DNA of 64,000 nucleotides from positions 2,115,579-2,179,578 of the forward strand of contig OZ223470.1 of the NCBI GenBank assembly GCA_965140795.1, written 5' to 3'. The translations under genes and the position numbers were made by a program. Below, piece by piece: positions 10,039-19,611 of this stretch. This stretch comes from Sphaerochaetaceae bacterium. GTDB lineage: Bacteria > Spirochaetota > Spirochaetia > Sphaerochaetales > Sphaerochaetaceae. Positions within the stretch are counted from its first letter, which is position 1. Each line of letters opens with the position of its first letter. The notes under the pieces are model-generated. The model was not told where the DNA came from, did not search any database, and saw nothing but the letters and a program-made list of their open reading frames with translations.

Positions 10039-11280
10039 TTAACCTCTTTTTTGTTGTTTGTTTTGTTTTTTTATTATTTCTAAAAAAATATTTTTTTCAA
10101 TTAAATGGTCTATTAATAGGTAATACCCGCCTATAAGTTGAGGGTATTCCATATCTGAAGAAATAATTTCAATAGATTCGTACAAATAGCTATAACAAAG
10201 ATTTTTCACTGTTTCTTTTACTTTGTTTATAAAGTATTCATCATGAGGATAAGCTGATCCAATTACACAAATTTCAGGATTTAGTATATAAATCATATTT
10301 GAAATACCATATCCAAGCATATTTGCAAGTTTAGTAAATGCAAGGATTGCAAGTTCATCTTTAGCATAATAGGCATCGAAAATATCTTTTGTGGAACTGC
10401 TATCATTTAGAACACTGTCGGGGAAACGCCAAATTTCATCTTTAACGTAATCTAAGAGGGCATTTATACTTGCATAACATTCAAAAGAGCCTCTATTTGG
10501 ATGATCACCTTTTTTTTCACCATTAAAATTTATTCCCATATGTCCTATTTCACCAGCTACACCTATAGTGCCGTTTAATATTTTGCCATTAATTACATTC
10601 CCAGCACCAACTCCTGAGCTAACAGACCCTATGTAAAGCAATGAATTATATATTTTATTTTTTGTTTTAATAAAGTTTTTCCATTCTCCAAAAGCACATA
10701 CTTTAACATCATGCATGCTACAAATATAAAAATTATATTTTTGTTTTAAAAGTTGTTCAATATTGAGATTAGTCAAACTTTCAAAACCTTCCACTATATC
10801 AATAGAGCTGTTTTTTTTCCTTATATAAGGACCAGGTAGAGATATGCATAATCCCATTACATTATAAGAAGAAAATTTTAGTAAAACTTCGTCTATGTTA
10901 TAAATGACTATAGATTCTAATCTTTTTTCATTAAATTTTGTTGAAATTGGGACTGAGTATTTATAAAGAAGTGTACCATTTATACTATAAACATATAAAG
11001 AAAAGCAAATTCTACTTATAGAGAGGGAGAGTACTATAAAATTATCTAAGACAAGTTTAATTCCTGTAACACTTCTTCCATTTGCTGTTTTAATTGTACC
11101 AGCATTTTCAATTATACCAAGAGAGAAAAATTCATTGACTATATTTGTTATAGTTGCTTTTTCTAAGTTGGATTCTTTTGCAAGTTGTACTCTCGAGCAA
11201 ATTTTTTTTTCTAAAAGAAACTTTAGTATTAAATTTCGATTATTTTTTTGAACTCTTGAGCTATTTATTCCTGTTTTCAT
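10039..11280 (-). CDS. ROK-family transcriptional repressor (NagC/XylR-like)
   Basis: An N-terminal winged HTH (NRNLILKFLLEKKICSRVQLAKESNLEKATITNIVNEF) is followed by a ROK sugar-kinase-like domain (GVGAGNVINGKILNGTIGVAGEIGHM). It is divergent from the operon starting at 11665. Confidence 0.85.
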   Translation of the reverse strand: MKTGINSSRVQKNNRNLILKFLLEKKICSRVQLAKESNLEKATITNIVNEFFSLGIIENAGTIKTANGRSVTGIKLVLDNFIVLSLSISRICFSLYVYSINGTLLYKYSVPISTKFNEKRLESIVIYNIDEVLLKFSSYNVMGLCISLPGPYIRKKNSSIDIVEGFESLTNLNIEQLLKQKYNFYICSMHDVKVCAFGEWKNFIKTKNKIYNSLLYIGSVSSGVGAGNVINGKILNGTIGVAGEIGHMGINFNGEKKGDHPNRGSFECYASINALLDYVKDEIWRFPDSVLNDSSSTKDIFDAYYAKDELAILAFTKLANMLGYGISNMIYILNPEICVIGSAYPHDEYFINKVKETVKNLCYSYLYESIEIISSDMEYPQLIGGYYLLIDHLIEKNIFLEIIKKQNKQQKRG

Positions 11281-11516
11281 ATGGCCTTCTTATTAAATAG
11301 TTTTATAAATAATAATAAAATTATTTAAAGAATAAGTGAGAAACTTTAAAAAATCAAGAGGAAAATTAATTTATTAGTTAAATTAATTAATTTAATTTAA
11401 TTTAAGCTAAAAAATAGGTAAAAACATAGAATAACGCTCATAAAGGCATAAAAATCGGTAAAAACCCATATAATTTATATGTATATAAAATTAAATAAAT
11501 TAACTAAATAAAAAGA

Positions 11517-11545
11517 TTGACTTCTAAAAAAAGTCGATTTATACT
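11517..11545 (+). promoter_or_regulatory. Candidate sigma70-type promoter of the 11665-20769 operon
   Basis: TTGACT (11517-11522), a 17-nt spacer, then TATACT (11540-11545). It lies about 120 nt upstream of the first start codon. Confidence 0.45.
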
Positions 11546-11664
11546 GTTTTAAGAAAAAAAATCTGTCACTAAATTAAATCAATTAACTTTAATGTTTTTA
11601 TATTCTAATGTAAATTGGAATTCAAAATAAATTTTCACTACCATAATAAAAGGAGGAATTTATT

Positions 11665-12993
11665 ATGAGAAAAGGAAAAAGGCTTTCAACAGTATTATTG
11701 ATTGTCATTTGTCTGTTAACAACAGCTGGAAATTTGTTTGCTAAAGGTGAAACTGAAGAATCAAATTTAGAGGAGAAGGTTACATTGACAGTTTGGGCTG
11801 ATTTTACCGGATTGCTAGGTAAATCATTTACAAATGTTTGTGACGAATTTATGAAAGAGAACCCTAATATTATTATTGATTTTGTACCAGTAGGTCAGAA
11901 TGATATACATGCAAAAATAGGTATGGCTATTAGAGGTAATCAATCACCTGATGTATTCGTTAGAAAGGGCTTGCCTGAATATGCATCACAAGGGTTACTT
12001 TTAGATTTAGAAGATTATTTTGCAGAGAAAGGATTTACTGAAGATACTTTTCATCCCGGGTTTTGGAACACTATTACTTGGGATGGAGTACCATACGGAA
12101 TGCCAACACAAGCTGCACTACCTCTTTTATACTATAACAAAGAGATGTACGAAGAAGCTGGTCTAGATCCTGAAGATCCTCCTCAAACTTGGGAAGAACT
12201 TATGGATTATAATAGAGTTTTGACAAAATATGATGACCAAGGTGCAATTATTCAAGCTGGGTTTGATTTTAGAGGACTTTGGTGGAATGATATGTATATG
12301 TTTCATTTTGGAGTTGATTCAATTTATGATGAACAATCTCATAAATGGGGTGCACCTCAAGGCGTCTATGATTATTTAAAAGCTATTGAGGCTTATAGGG
12401 ATGAATATGGTTCAGATAAGTTAAACAATTTCCATGCATCAACTGATACTTGGGAAGGTATATTTGTTCATAACAAAGTTGCAATGCAATTACAAGGTGA
12501 ATGGTTTAATAATGTTTATAAAGAGTTTGAAAGTTCAACTAATTTTGGAACAACTTTATTCCCTTCTATAGCAAGTGTAGTCAAAGAAAATAATGGATCA
12601 ATGATATATATGGAAGATGATATTGCTATGATACCTGTTAATACAAAACATCCTGATGAAGCTTTTGAATTTTTAGCATATTTCTGTGGATATAATGGTC
12701 AAAAAGTTTTTGATGTAGGAGAAGAAGGGTGTGGTAGAAGTAGCGCTTTAGCTGATGCTGATTATTATGGAACAAGTCCTAATCCATTTATTGAAGATCA
12801 TATTGATGCATTAGAGATTGGATTAAATAGAAAATTCCAATTCCCTAAATCACCTGTAATTGAATATTACAGACAACAGATGGCTGCAATGTTTGATGAG
12901 ATTTTTGTAAGTAATGGAGATGCTTGTGCTTTGTATGATAAATATATTCAGAGAGTACAGGATGCCGAAGATAAGTATTGGTTAACCAATTAA
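11665..12993 (+). CDS. Sugar ABC transporter substrate-binding protein (CUT1, family 1 SBP)
   Basis: The 442-aa protein has a signal peptide and a typical CUT1 SBP pattern (VTLTVWADF...). An AGGAGG RBS precedes it. Confidence 0.85.
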   Translation: MRKGKRLSTVLLIVICLLTTAGNLFAKGETEESNLEEKVTLTVWADFTGLLGKSFTNVCDEFMKENPNIIIDFVPVGQNDIHAKIGMAIRGNQSPDVFVRKGLPEYASQGLLLDLEDYFAEKGFTEDTFHPGFWNTITWDGVPYGMPTQAALPLLYYNKEMYEEAGLDPEDPPQTWEELMDYNRVLTKYDDQGAIIQAGFDFRGLWWNDMYMFHFGVDSIYDEQSHKWGAPQGVYDYLKAIEAYRDEYGSDKLNNFHASTDTWEGIFVHNKVAMQLQGEWFNNVYKEFESSTNFGTTLFPSIASVVKENNGSMIYMEDDIAMIPVNTKHPDEAFEFLAYFCGYNGQKVFDVGEEGCGRSSALADADYYGTSPNPFIEDHIDALEIGLNRKFQFPKSPVIEYYRQQMAAMFDEIFVSNGDACALYDKYIQRVQDAEDKYWLTN

Positions 12994-13008
12994 AAATAGG
13001 AGGAAAAG

Positions 13009-13977
13009 TTGGTTTTCTTATTTAGAAAACCAACTAATAAATTTATGTTACCAAAAGAAAGAAATTCTATTAAACACAAAGTTACTGTATTACTTTTTTT
13101 ATCTCCTTGGCTTGTCGGTTTTTGCGCATTTATTTTAGTAGCTTTATTAAATAGTTTTAGATTATCCTTTACAGCTTATAATTTATTTAAGCCACCAAAA
13201 TTTATTGGACTTAGTAATTATAAAGCTCTATTTAAAGATGAAATTTTTATTCAGGTATTAGGCAATACAATTTTTTATACTTTTTTTGCTTTTATATTAA
13301 ATTTTACAGTAGCTTTTTTATTATCTCTCTTTATATTTGATCATAAAAGAAATAAATATCCTGGAGTAATGATTTTTAAAACGTTATATTTCATTCCTTA
13401 TATTATACCTTTTGTTGCTTATGCTATTGTTTGGAAATTTATGTATAATCCACAGTTTGGTATTGTTAATTATTTTATTTCAATATTTGGAGGGACACCA
13501 CAGACATGGTTAACATCAAAATCGTTGGTTAAACCTTCTATTATATTTGCAAATATTTTATTAATGGGCCCACAAATGATAATTTTTTATTCAGGTCTTC
13601 AAGATATACCAGAAAGTCTTTTTGACTCACTCAAGATTGATGGAGCAAATTGGTTTCACAGGTTAAAAGATGTTATAGTTCCAATTTTATCCCCAATTAT
13701 GATTTTTAACGGAATTTTACTATTCATTTATTCTTTTCAAGTATTTGCTTTGCCATTAGTAATGACAGAAGGAAACAGCAGTACTACTACTTCTTGTGGA
13801 GGGCCAGCACATTCTAGCACTTTCTATTTGATGTATCTTTATGATACTGCCTTCACTAGATTAGATTTAGGTTTTGCAAGTGCAATGGCTTGGGTAATGT
13901 TCATTATTTTATTAATTTGCAGTTCAGTATTTTTGTATTTGCAAAAGCATAAAACGTTTTATATGGGGGACTGTTAA
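13009..13977 (+). CDS. Sugar ABC transporter permease (MalF/UgpA-like)
   Basis: It has 6 TM segments and an EAA-type loop (DSLKIDGANWFHRLKDVIVPIL). The start is TTG, 5 nt after AGGAGG. Confidence 0.85.
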   Translation: MVFLFRKPTNKFMLPKERNSIKHKVTVLLFLSPWLVGFCAFILVALLNSFRLSFTAYNLFKPPKFIGLSNYKALFKDEIFIQVLGNTIFYTFFAFILNFTVAFLLSLFIFDHKRNKYPGVMIFKTLYFIPYIIPFVAYAIVWKFMYNPQFGIVNYFISIFGGTPQTWLTSKSLVKPSIIFANILLMGPQMIIFYSGLQDIPESLFDSLKIDGANWFHRLKDVIVPILSPIMIFNGILLFIYSFQVFALPLVMTEGNSSTTTSCGGPAHSSTFYLMYLYDTAFTRLDLGFASAMAWVMFIILLICSSVFLYLQKHKTFYMGDC

Positions 13978-14813
13978 TGAAAATTAAAAAAACTTTTTCA
14001 TTATTATTTGGATTTTTTATAGCGATTATTATGATATTTCCTTTATATTGGATGATTTCATTATCACTAATGAGTAATCTAGAAATATATCAATTACCAG
14101 TTAAATTTTTTCCTAAAAGTTTTTATTTAGAGAATTACAAGTATGTATTTAATACAGAAACCTTTCTTTATTTTAGATTTTTATTGAATACAATATTGGT
14201 AGCAGCTCTTGGTGGATTTGGCACTGCGATAGGTAGTTCTCTACCAGCATATGCTTTTTCAAAATTAGAATGGAAAGGACGTGATTTATTTTTATCAATA
14301 ACAATTGCTACGTTGATGATTCCTGAAATAGCATATATTGTTCCAAGATATTTGATTTTTAATAAATTAAATTTAATTGGTACATATGCTCCGATGTGGC
14401 TTCCTTCAGCTTTAGGGACTGCTTTTAATATATTCCTATTTACCCAATTCTTTAAAGAAATTCCTAAAGGATTATCTGAGGCCGCTATTATTGATGGTTG
14501 TAATCATTTTCAGATTTATTCAAGAATTGTTCTTCCTTTAGGAAAGAATTCTATAATAACAGTAGTTACATTGCATTTTGTATGGGCCTGGAAAGAATTG
14601 ATGACACCTATGGTTTATTTTACAAAAAATAAAATGTTTACCTTATCTTTAGGTTTAAAGAATTTTGTTAGTTCTGGTGCAGGAGCAGGAGAAATTCCTT
14701 TAGGAGCAGGCATGGCTGCAGCTTTTTTAACAGCTTTACCAGTATTAATACTATTTTTGGTATTCCAAAAAAATATATCTGGAGGAATAGCTACAACGGG
14801 TACAAAAGGATAA
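13977..14813 (+). CDS. Sugar ABC transporter permease (MalG/UgpE-like)
   Basis: An EAA loop is present (EAAIIDGCNHFQIYSRIVLPL). The start overlaps the previous stop (TAATGA). Confidence 0.85.
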   Translation: MKIKKTFSLLFGFFIAIIMIFPLYWMISLSLMSNLEIYQLPVKFFPKSFYLENYKYVFNTETFLYFRFLLNTILVAALGGFGTAIGSSLPAYAFSKLEWKGRDLFLSITIATLMIPEIAYIVPRYLIFNKLNLIGTYAPMWLPSALGTAFNIFLFTQFFKEIPKGLSEAAIIDGCNHFQIYSRIVLPLGKNSIITVVTLHFVWAWKELMTPMVYFTKNKMFTLSLGLKNFVSSGAGAGEIPLGAGMAAAFLTALPVLILFLVFQKNISGGIATTGTKG

Positions 14814-14826
14814 AAGGAGTAAATAA

Positions 14827-15654
14827 ATGAAAAATGAAGAAGAACTAAAAAAAATAGCTTTAGACCTTAGAAAAATGACTGTTAGAGAAATAGCCCATTT
14901 TGGTGGAGGTCATATTGGAGGGTCAATGTCTATTATAGAGATATTAACATATCTCTATTACGAAGAAATGAATATTGATCCTAAAAATCCACTCAAAAAA
15001 GATCGTGATCGTTTTGTCTGTAGTAAAGGACATGCTGGGCCAGCAGTTTATGCTACATTAGCAAATAAAGGATTTTTTTCAAAAGAAGAATTGAATACAT
15101 TAAATTTAGGTGGAACTAAGTTGCCATCACATTGTGATATGACTAAAACTCCTGGTATTGATTTTACTGCAGGCTCTTTAGGCCAAGGCATAAGCGCAGC
15201 TGTTGGTATAGCATTAGGTCAAAAAATCAAAGAACAAGGTGCTAATACTTTTGCAATTATTGGAGATGGAGAAAGCCAAGAAGGGGAAGTTTGGGAAGCT
15301 GCTGAAACTGCTGCTCAATGGAAACTTGATAATTTATTCGTTTTTACAGATTTAAATCATAAACAACTTGATGGTTGGACAGACGATATTATTAATATGA
15401 AAAATTTAGATACTAGGTGGGTAGGGTTTAATTGGGATGTTCAAAGAATCAATGGACATAATTTTATTATGATTCAAAGAGCTATTGAAGAAGCTAAAAA
15501 AGTTAAAGATAAACCTCATATGATAATATTAGATACTATAAAATCGTACGGATATATTCCCGCTGAAAATCTTGTTTATAACCATGGCTTTAATGTTTCA
15601 GAAAAAGAAGGTGAAGAGGCAATTTCTTTATTAGAAAAAAGAGAGGGTAAATAA
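14827..15654 (+). CDS. Transketolase, N-terminal (TPP-binding) subunit
   Basis: Motifs GGHIGGSMS, GSLGQGIS and GDGESQEGEVWEA are present. The length of 275 aa is typical of split transketolases. Confidence 0.9.
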   Translation: MKNEEELKKIALDLRKMTVREIAHFGGGHIGGSMSIIEILTYLYYEEMNIDPKNPLKKDRDRFVCSKGHAGPAVYATLANKGFFSKEELNTLNLGGTKLPSHCDMTKTPGIDFTAGSLGQGISAAVGIALGQKIKEQGANTFAIIGDGESQEGEVWEAAETAAQWKLDNLFVFTDLNHKQLDGWTDDIINMKNLDTRWVGFNWDVQRINGHNFIMIQRAIEEAKKVKDKPHMIILDTIKSYGYIPAENLVYNHGFNVSEKEGEEAISLLEKREGK

Positions 15655-16598
15655 TGAAAGATATTAGTAAATTAAAAGATATGCGTGATGCTGAAATGCT
15701 AGCTATTATTGAACTAGCTCAAGAAAATGAAAATATAGTATTCTTAGATGCAGATTTAGCAAACTGTAGTGGGAGTGAAATTTTCAAAGAAAAATTCCCA
15801 AATAGATTTTATAATTGTGGAATTGCTGAAGCAAATATGATGGCTGTAGCTGGAGGTTTATCTTCTATGGGATTTAAACCTTTTGTTCATACTTTTGGAT
15901 GTTTTGCTACAAGAAGGGCATTCGATCAAATATTTATTTCTTTAGGATATACTTTTCAGACTACAAATATAATAGGTACTGATCCTGGAATAACAGCTCA
16001 GTCAAATGGTGGCACACATATGCCTTTTGAAGATATATCGCTTATGAGACAGATTCCAAATTCAGTGATAATTTGTCCAAGTGATGCATATAGTTGTTAT
16101 CAATTGACAAAACAAATATTTGAGATGGATTGTGTAACTTATACTAGGATTCGTAGGAAAGGCATTTCTTTTAGATATGATAAAGATACAGAAATAACAT
16201 TAGGAAAGGGAATAGTTTTAGAAGAAGGTGAAGACATAGCAATTATAGCAAATGGTGAAGTTTTGGTTGATGAAGCTTCTAAAGCCGTAGAAGAGTTAAA
16301 AAAAGGAGGTATTCACCCAACTTTAATTGATTTACATACTATTAGACCTTTAGATACTGAATTGATTGATAAAGTTGCAAAAAAGTGTGGGAAAATTATT
16401 GTCTGTGAGAATGGAAGATATTGTGGTGGGTTAGGTGAAGAAATTTCATATTATTTGGCAAAAACAAATCCTGTAAAAATGGACTTCATTAATGTTGGTG
16501 ATAGATTTGGTGAAGTTGGAAATCTTGAATATTTAAAGAAAACTTTTGGATTTACAAAAGAACAAATAAAAGCAAAAGTTTATAATCTTTTAAAATAG
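15654..16598 (+). CDS. Transketolase, C-terminal (pyrimidine-binding) subunit
   Basis: The motif FYNCGIAEANMMAVAGGL and a 314-aa length are consistent with this subunit. The start overlaps the previous stop by 1 nt. Confidence 0.9.
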   Translation: MKDISKLKDMRDAEMLAIIELAQENENIVFLDADLANCSGSEIFKEKFPNRFYNCGIAEANMMAVAGGLSSMGFKPFVHTFGCFATRRAFDQIFISLGYTFQTTNIIGTDPGITAQSNGGTHMPFEDISLMRQIPNSVIICPSDAYSCYQLTKQIFEMDCVTYTRIRRKGISFRYDKDTEITLGKGIVLEEGEDIAIIANGEVLVDEASKAVEELKKGGIHPTLIDLHTIRPLDTELIDKVAKKCGKIIVCENGRYCGGLGEEISYYLAKTNPVKMDFINVGDRFGEVGNLEYLKKTFGFTKEQIKAKVYNLLK

Positions 16599-16619
16599 AA
16601 AGGACTGGGAAAAAATAAA

Positions 16620-17864
16620 ATGAATAATTCTGAGAAAGGCCTTAAAGAAAAAAAATTTAAAGAATATTTTCTTATGAATGAAGACGATGTTATTGATTAC
16701 TTCAAATATAGATTTAATTTCTTTGAAAGAAATGCTCAATTAAATTGTAAAGAAATAGGTGATGGAAATATTAATTATATTTTTAGAATAGTTAATGAGT
16801 TAGATGGTAAATCTGTAATTGTTAAACAAGCTGGAATGGAATGTAGAACAGGTGGAGCGCTTACAATTGAAAGAGGTAAAATTGAAACCGATGTTATGAA
16901 ATTAGAAGAGAAATATGCTAAAGGGCTAGTTCCAAAAATTTATTATTATGATGATATAATGAAGACAATAATAATGGAAGATATGATTGACCATGAACTA
17001 CTGAGAACAGGTTTGATTAAACACAAGATTTATAATCATTTTAGTGATGATATTACAACATTTCTTGTAAATACATTATTTATGACTAGTGATCTAGTAA
17101 TGGATCATAAAGAGAAAAAAAAGTTAGTTTGCCATTTTATTAATCCTGATCTTTGTGCAATTTCAGAAAAACTTGTATATACAGAACCATTTGAAGAGTT
17201 GAAAGAAAATAATGTCTTTCCTGATACTTTACCTTTTGCAAGAGAAGAATTGTATAACGATGAAAAGCTTAAATTAGAAGTTGCAAAATTAAAATTTGAA
17301 TTTATGAACAACGCACAATCACTTATCCATGGAGATTTACATTCAGGATCAGTTTTTATAAATCAAAACCATACTTTTGTTTTTGATTCTGAATTTGCAT
17401 TTTATGGTCCTATGGGTTATGACATTGGAAATGTAATAGCTAATTTATTTTTTGCTTGGGTAAACGGAGATTCTACAATAGAAAATACAAAAGAGAGAGA
17501 AAGTTTTTGTAATTGGATTTTGCATAGTATTTTTGATATTGTAGATAAATTTATTGATAAGTTTAAGAAAAGTTATGAAATTAATGTAAATGATAAAATG
17601 GCTAAAGTTCCTGGTTTTATGGAATATTATTTAAGCGGGGTTTTATCCGATTCTGCCGGAGTCGCAGGATTAGAATTAATTCGAAGAGTTGGTGGAAAAG
17701 CTAAAGTAAAAGATATCACTTGTATAGGACTTAGAGATAAACGGCTTAGGGCTGAAAAAATTATACTAAATCTTGGAAAACAATTTATTTTTAAACGAAA
17801 AGAATTAAATAATGGTGCGGATTATCGTGAATTAATATTAAAAAATATTAAAAAATTTTCTTAA
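16620..17864 (+). CDS. mtnK: S-methyl-5-thioribose kinase family protein (MtnK/DrdK-like pentose 1-kinase)
   Basis: As I recall the Bacillus MtnK sequence, this protein is colinear with it: EIGDGNINYIFRI, INPDLCAISEKLVYTEPF, LIHGDLHSGSVF, DSEFAFYGPMGYDIGN, AGLELIRR. Confidence 0.85.
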   Translation: MNNSEKGLKEKKFKEYFLMNEDDVIDYFKYRFNFFERNAQLNCKEIGDGNINYIFRIVNELDGKSVIVKQAGMECRTGGALTIERGKIETDVMKLEEKYAKGLVPKIYYYDDIMKTIIMEDMIDHELLRTGLIKHKIYNHFSDDITTFLVNTLFMTSDLVMDHKEKKKLVCHFINPDLCAISEKLVYTEPFEELKENNVFPDTLPFAREELYNDEKLKLEVAKLKFEFMNNAQSLIHGDLHSGSVFINQNHTFVFDSEFAFYGPMGYDIGNVIANLFFAWVNGDSTIENTKERESFCNWILHSIFDIVDKFIDKFKKSYEINVNDKMAKVPGFMEYYLSGVLSDSAGVAGLELIRRVGGKAKVKDITCIGLRDKRLRAEKIILNLGKQFIFKRKELNNGADYRELILKNIKKFS

Positions 17865-17910
17865 AATAAAAAAAGGATCAATTTTTTCAAAATAGTAAGA
17901 GGAATTTGTG

Positions 17911-18945
17911 ATGAAAAGAGAAGATAAAAACTTAGCATATATGCTTCAATATGAACATATTGCTTGGTATGAAAATGGAAAAGTAAGAATATTAGATCGT
18001 AGAGTATATCCTAATAAAGTTGAATATGTTACTTGTAATTCTTACCATGAGGTAGCTCAAGCTATAAAAGATATGGTTACACAGAGTGGTGGACCTTATT
18101 TAGCTGCCGGTATGGGAATGGTTTTAGCTGCAAATAGTTGCAAAAATATGAGTGGCACAAAAAAGATAGCATATTTAAGAGATGCGGCAAAAGTGCTCGC
18201 GACTGCTCGTCCAACAACATCTGAAGGTATGAAGATAATAACTCAAAATTGTTTAACAGTAGCAAAGGATAGTATTTTGGTTGGTAGTGATACAATTGAA
18301 GCTATATTTAATCATACAATTGAAAGGATGAATAAAAACTATCAAAAAAATGATAAAATTGCTGATTACCTTACGGATTTTTTTCCAGATAAAGGAGGTG
18401 TACTAACTCAATGTTTTGGAGAGTCTGTTGTTGGTTTAATGCTTAGGCAGTTAAAAAGAAAAAACAAAGAACTTAAGATTTTCTGTGCAGAAACTCGTCC
18501 ATATTTTCAAGGGGCAAGACTTACAGCAAGTGTTGCAAAAGATCAAGGCGCTGATGTAACAGTTATTACAGATAATATGCCAGCTTTTATAATGTCTCAG
18601 AATAAAATTGATGTTTTTACATCTGCGGCAGATGTTATTACCTGCGATGGACATGTAATTAACAAAATAGGAACATCTCAAATTGCTATTTTATGTAAAT
18701 ATTTTAGTATTCCTTATTATACAACTGGTAATCCTGATTTTGCTCATAAAGATTTATCAAATGTTGAGATAGAGATGCGTGATCCGAATTTCACTCTTCA
18801 AGCTATGGGGGTAAGAACTGCTATGAAAGGTGTTAAAGGTTATTATCCTGCTTTTGATATTACTTCCCCTGATTTAGTAACAAAAATAGTTACATCTAAA
18901 GGGGCTTTTACCCCAGAAAAGGTTAATTCCTTTTTCGATTATTAA
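17911..18945 (+). CDS. MtnA/eIF-2B-related aldose-1-phosphate isomerase family protein (non-canonical active-site motifs)
   Basis: The family core is present: CAETRPYFQGARLTA and INKIGTSQIAILCKYFSIPYY. I moved the start to the ATG at 17911, 7 nt after AAGAGGA. Motif deviations are described in the findings. Confidence 0.75.
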   Translation: MKREDKNLAYMLQYEHIAWYENGKVRILDRRVYPNKVEYVTCNSYHEVAQAIKDMVTQSGGPYLAAGMGMVLAANSCKNMSGTKKIAYLRDAAKVLATARPTTSEGMKIITQNCLTVAKDSILVGSDTIEAIFNHTIERMNKNYQKNDKIADYLTDFFPDKGGVLTQCFGESVVGLMLRQLKRKNKELKIFCAETRPYFQGARLTASVAKDQGADVTVITDNMPAFIMSQNKIDVFTSAADVITCDGHVINKIGTSQIAILCKYFSIPYYTTGNPDFAHKDLSNVEIEMRDPNFTLQAMGVRTAMKGVKGYYPAFDITSPDLVTKIVTSKGAFTPEKVNSFFDY

Positions 18946-18957
18946 TAGGAGTTTTAT

Positions 18958-19602
18958 ATGTTAATGCAAAAAGAAAGAGAAGCTATAGCTTTTTATGGAA
19001 ATAAAATGGTTGAGGATAAATTAACCTTTGGAACAGGTGGAAACATTAGTATTATTGATAGAGCTAAAGGCTTTGTTGCAATAAAACCCTCAGGAATGGA
19101 ATATTCAGAAATAAAAGCAGAAGATGTTGTTGTTGTAGATTTAGATAGAAATATTATTGAAGGTAGTAGAAAACCTTCTAGTGAATTAGCTCTTCATTTA
19201 GCTTTTTATGAAAAGAAAAAATTTGTCAATTCAGTTGTTCACTGTCATTCAATATTTGCTATTACATATGCTGTTTTAAAAAGACCTTTGAAAGCTGTTC
19301 ATTATATAATAGGTGATGCAGAAACTTCAGTTATCCCTTGTGCCCCTTACACTACTTTTGGAACTGATGAATTAGCTAATATAACAATAGATGCTTGTAA
19401 AGATAGTAAAGCTGTTTTAATGGCAAATCACGGACAAACAACTTGCGGAAGAAATATCAAAGAGGCATATGGCCTTGCATTAAATGTTGAGAAAATTGCA
19501 GAAATTTCTTATAGAGCTGAATGCATAGGTAAGCCTAATATTTTAACTGAAAAACAAATGGAAGACGCTTTAATAAGATTTAATACTTATGGGCAAAAAT
19601 AA
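18958..19602 (+). CDS. Class II aldolase/adducin-family protein (L-fuculose-1-P aldolase / Ald2 / DrdA-like)
   Basis: Motifs GTGGNISI, VVHCHS and MANHGQTTCG are present and the length is 214 aa. Confidence 0.85.
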   Translation: MLMQKEREAIAFYGNKMVEDKLTFGTGGNISIIDRAKGFVAIKPSGMEYSEIKAEDVVVVDLDRNIIEGSRKPSSELALHLAFYEKKKFVNSVVHCHSIFAITYAVLKRPLKAVHYIIGDAETSVIPCAPYTTFGTDELANITIDACKDSKAVLMANHGQTTCGRNIKEAYGLALNVEKIAEISYRAECIGKPNILTEKQMEDALIRFNTYGQK

Positions 19603-19611
19603 GAGAAAAGA

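Noticed and set aside
11378-11395. A perfect 18-bp palindrome TTAAATTAATTAATTTAA, with a related TTAAATTAAATCAATTAA at about 11570-11590, as possible ROK operators. A direct repeat GGTAAAAAC x2 (about 11417 and 11457) was also noted.
   Set aside because: These are composed only of A/T in a spacer that is almost pure A/T, so palindromes of this kind are expected by chance. They cannot be distinguished from low complexity without binding or comparative data.
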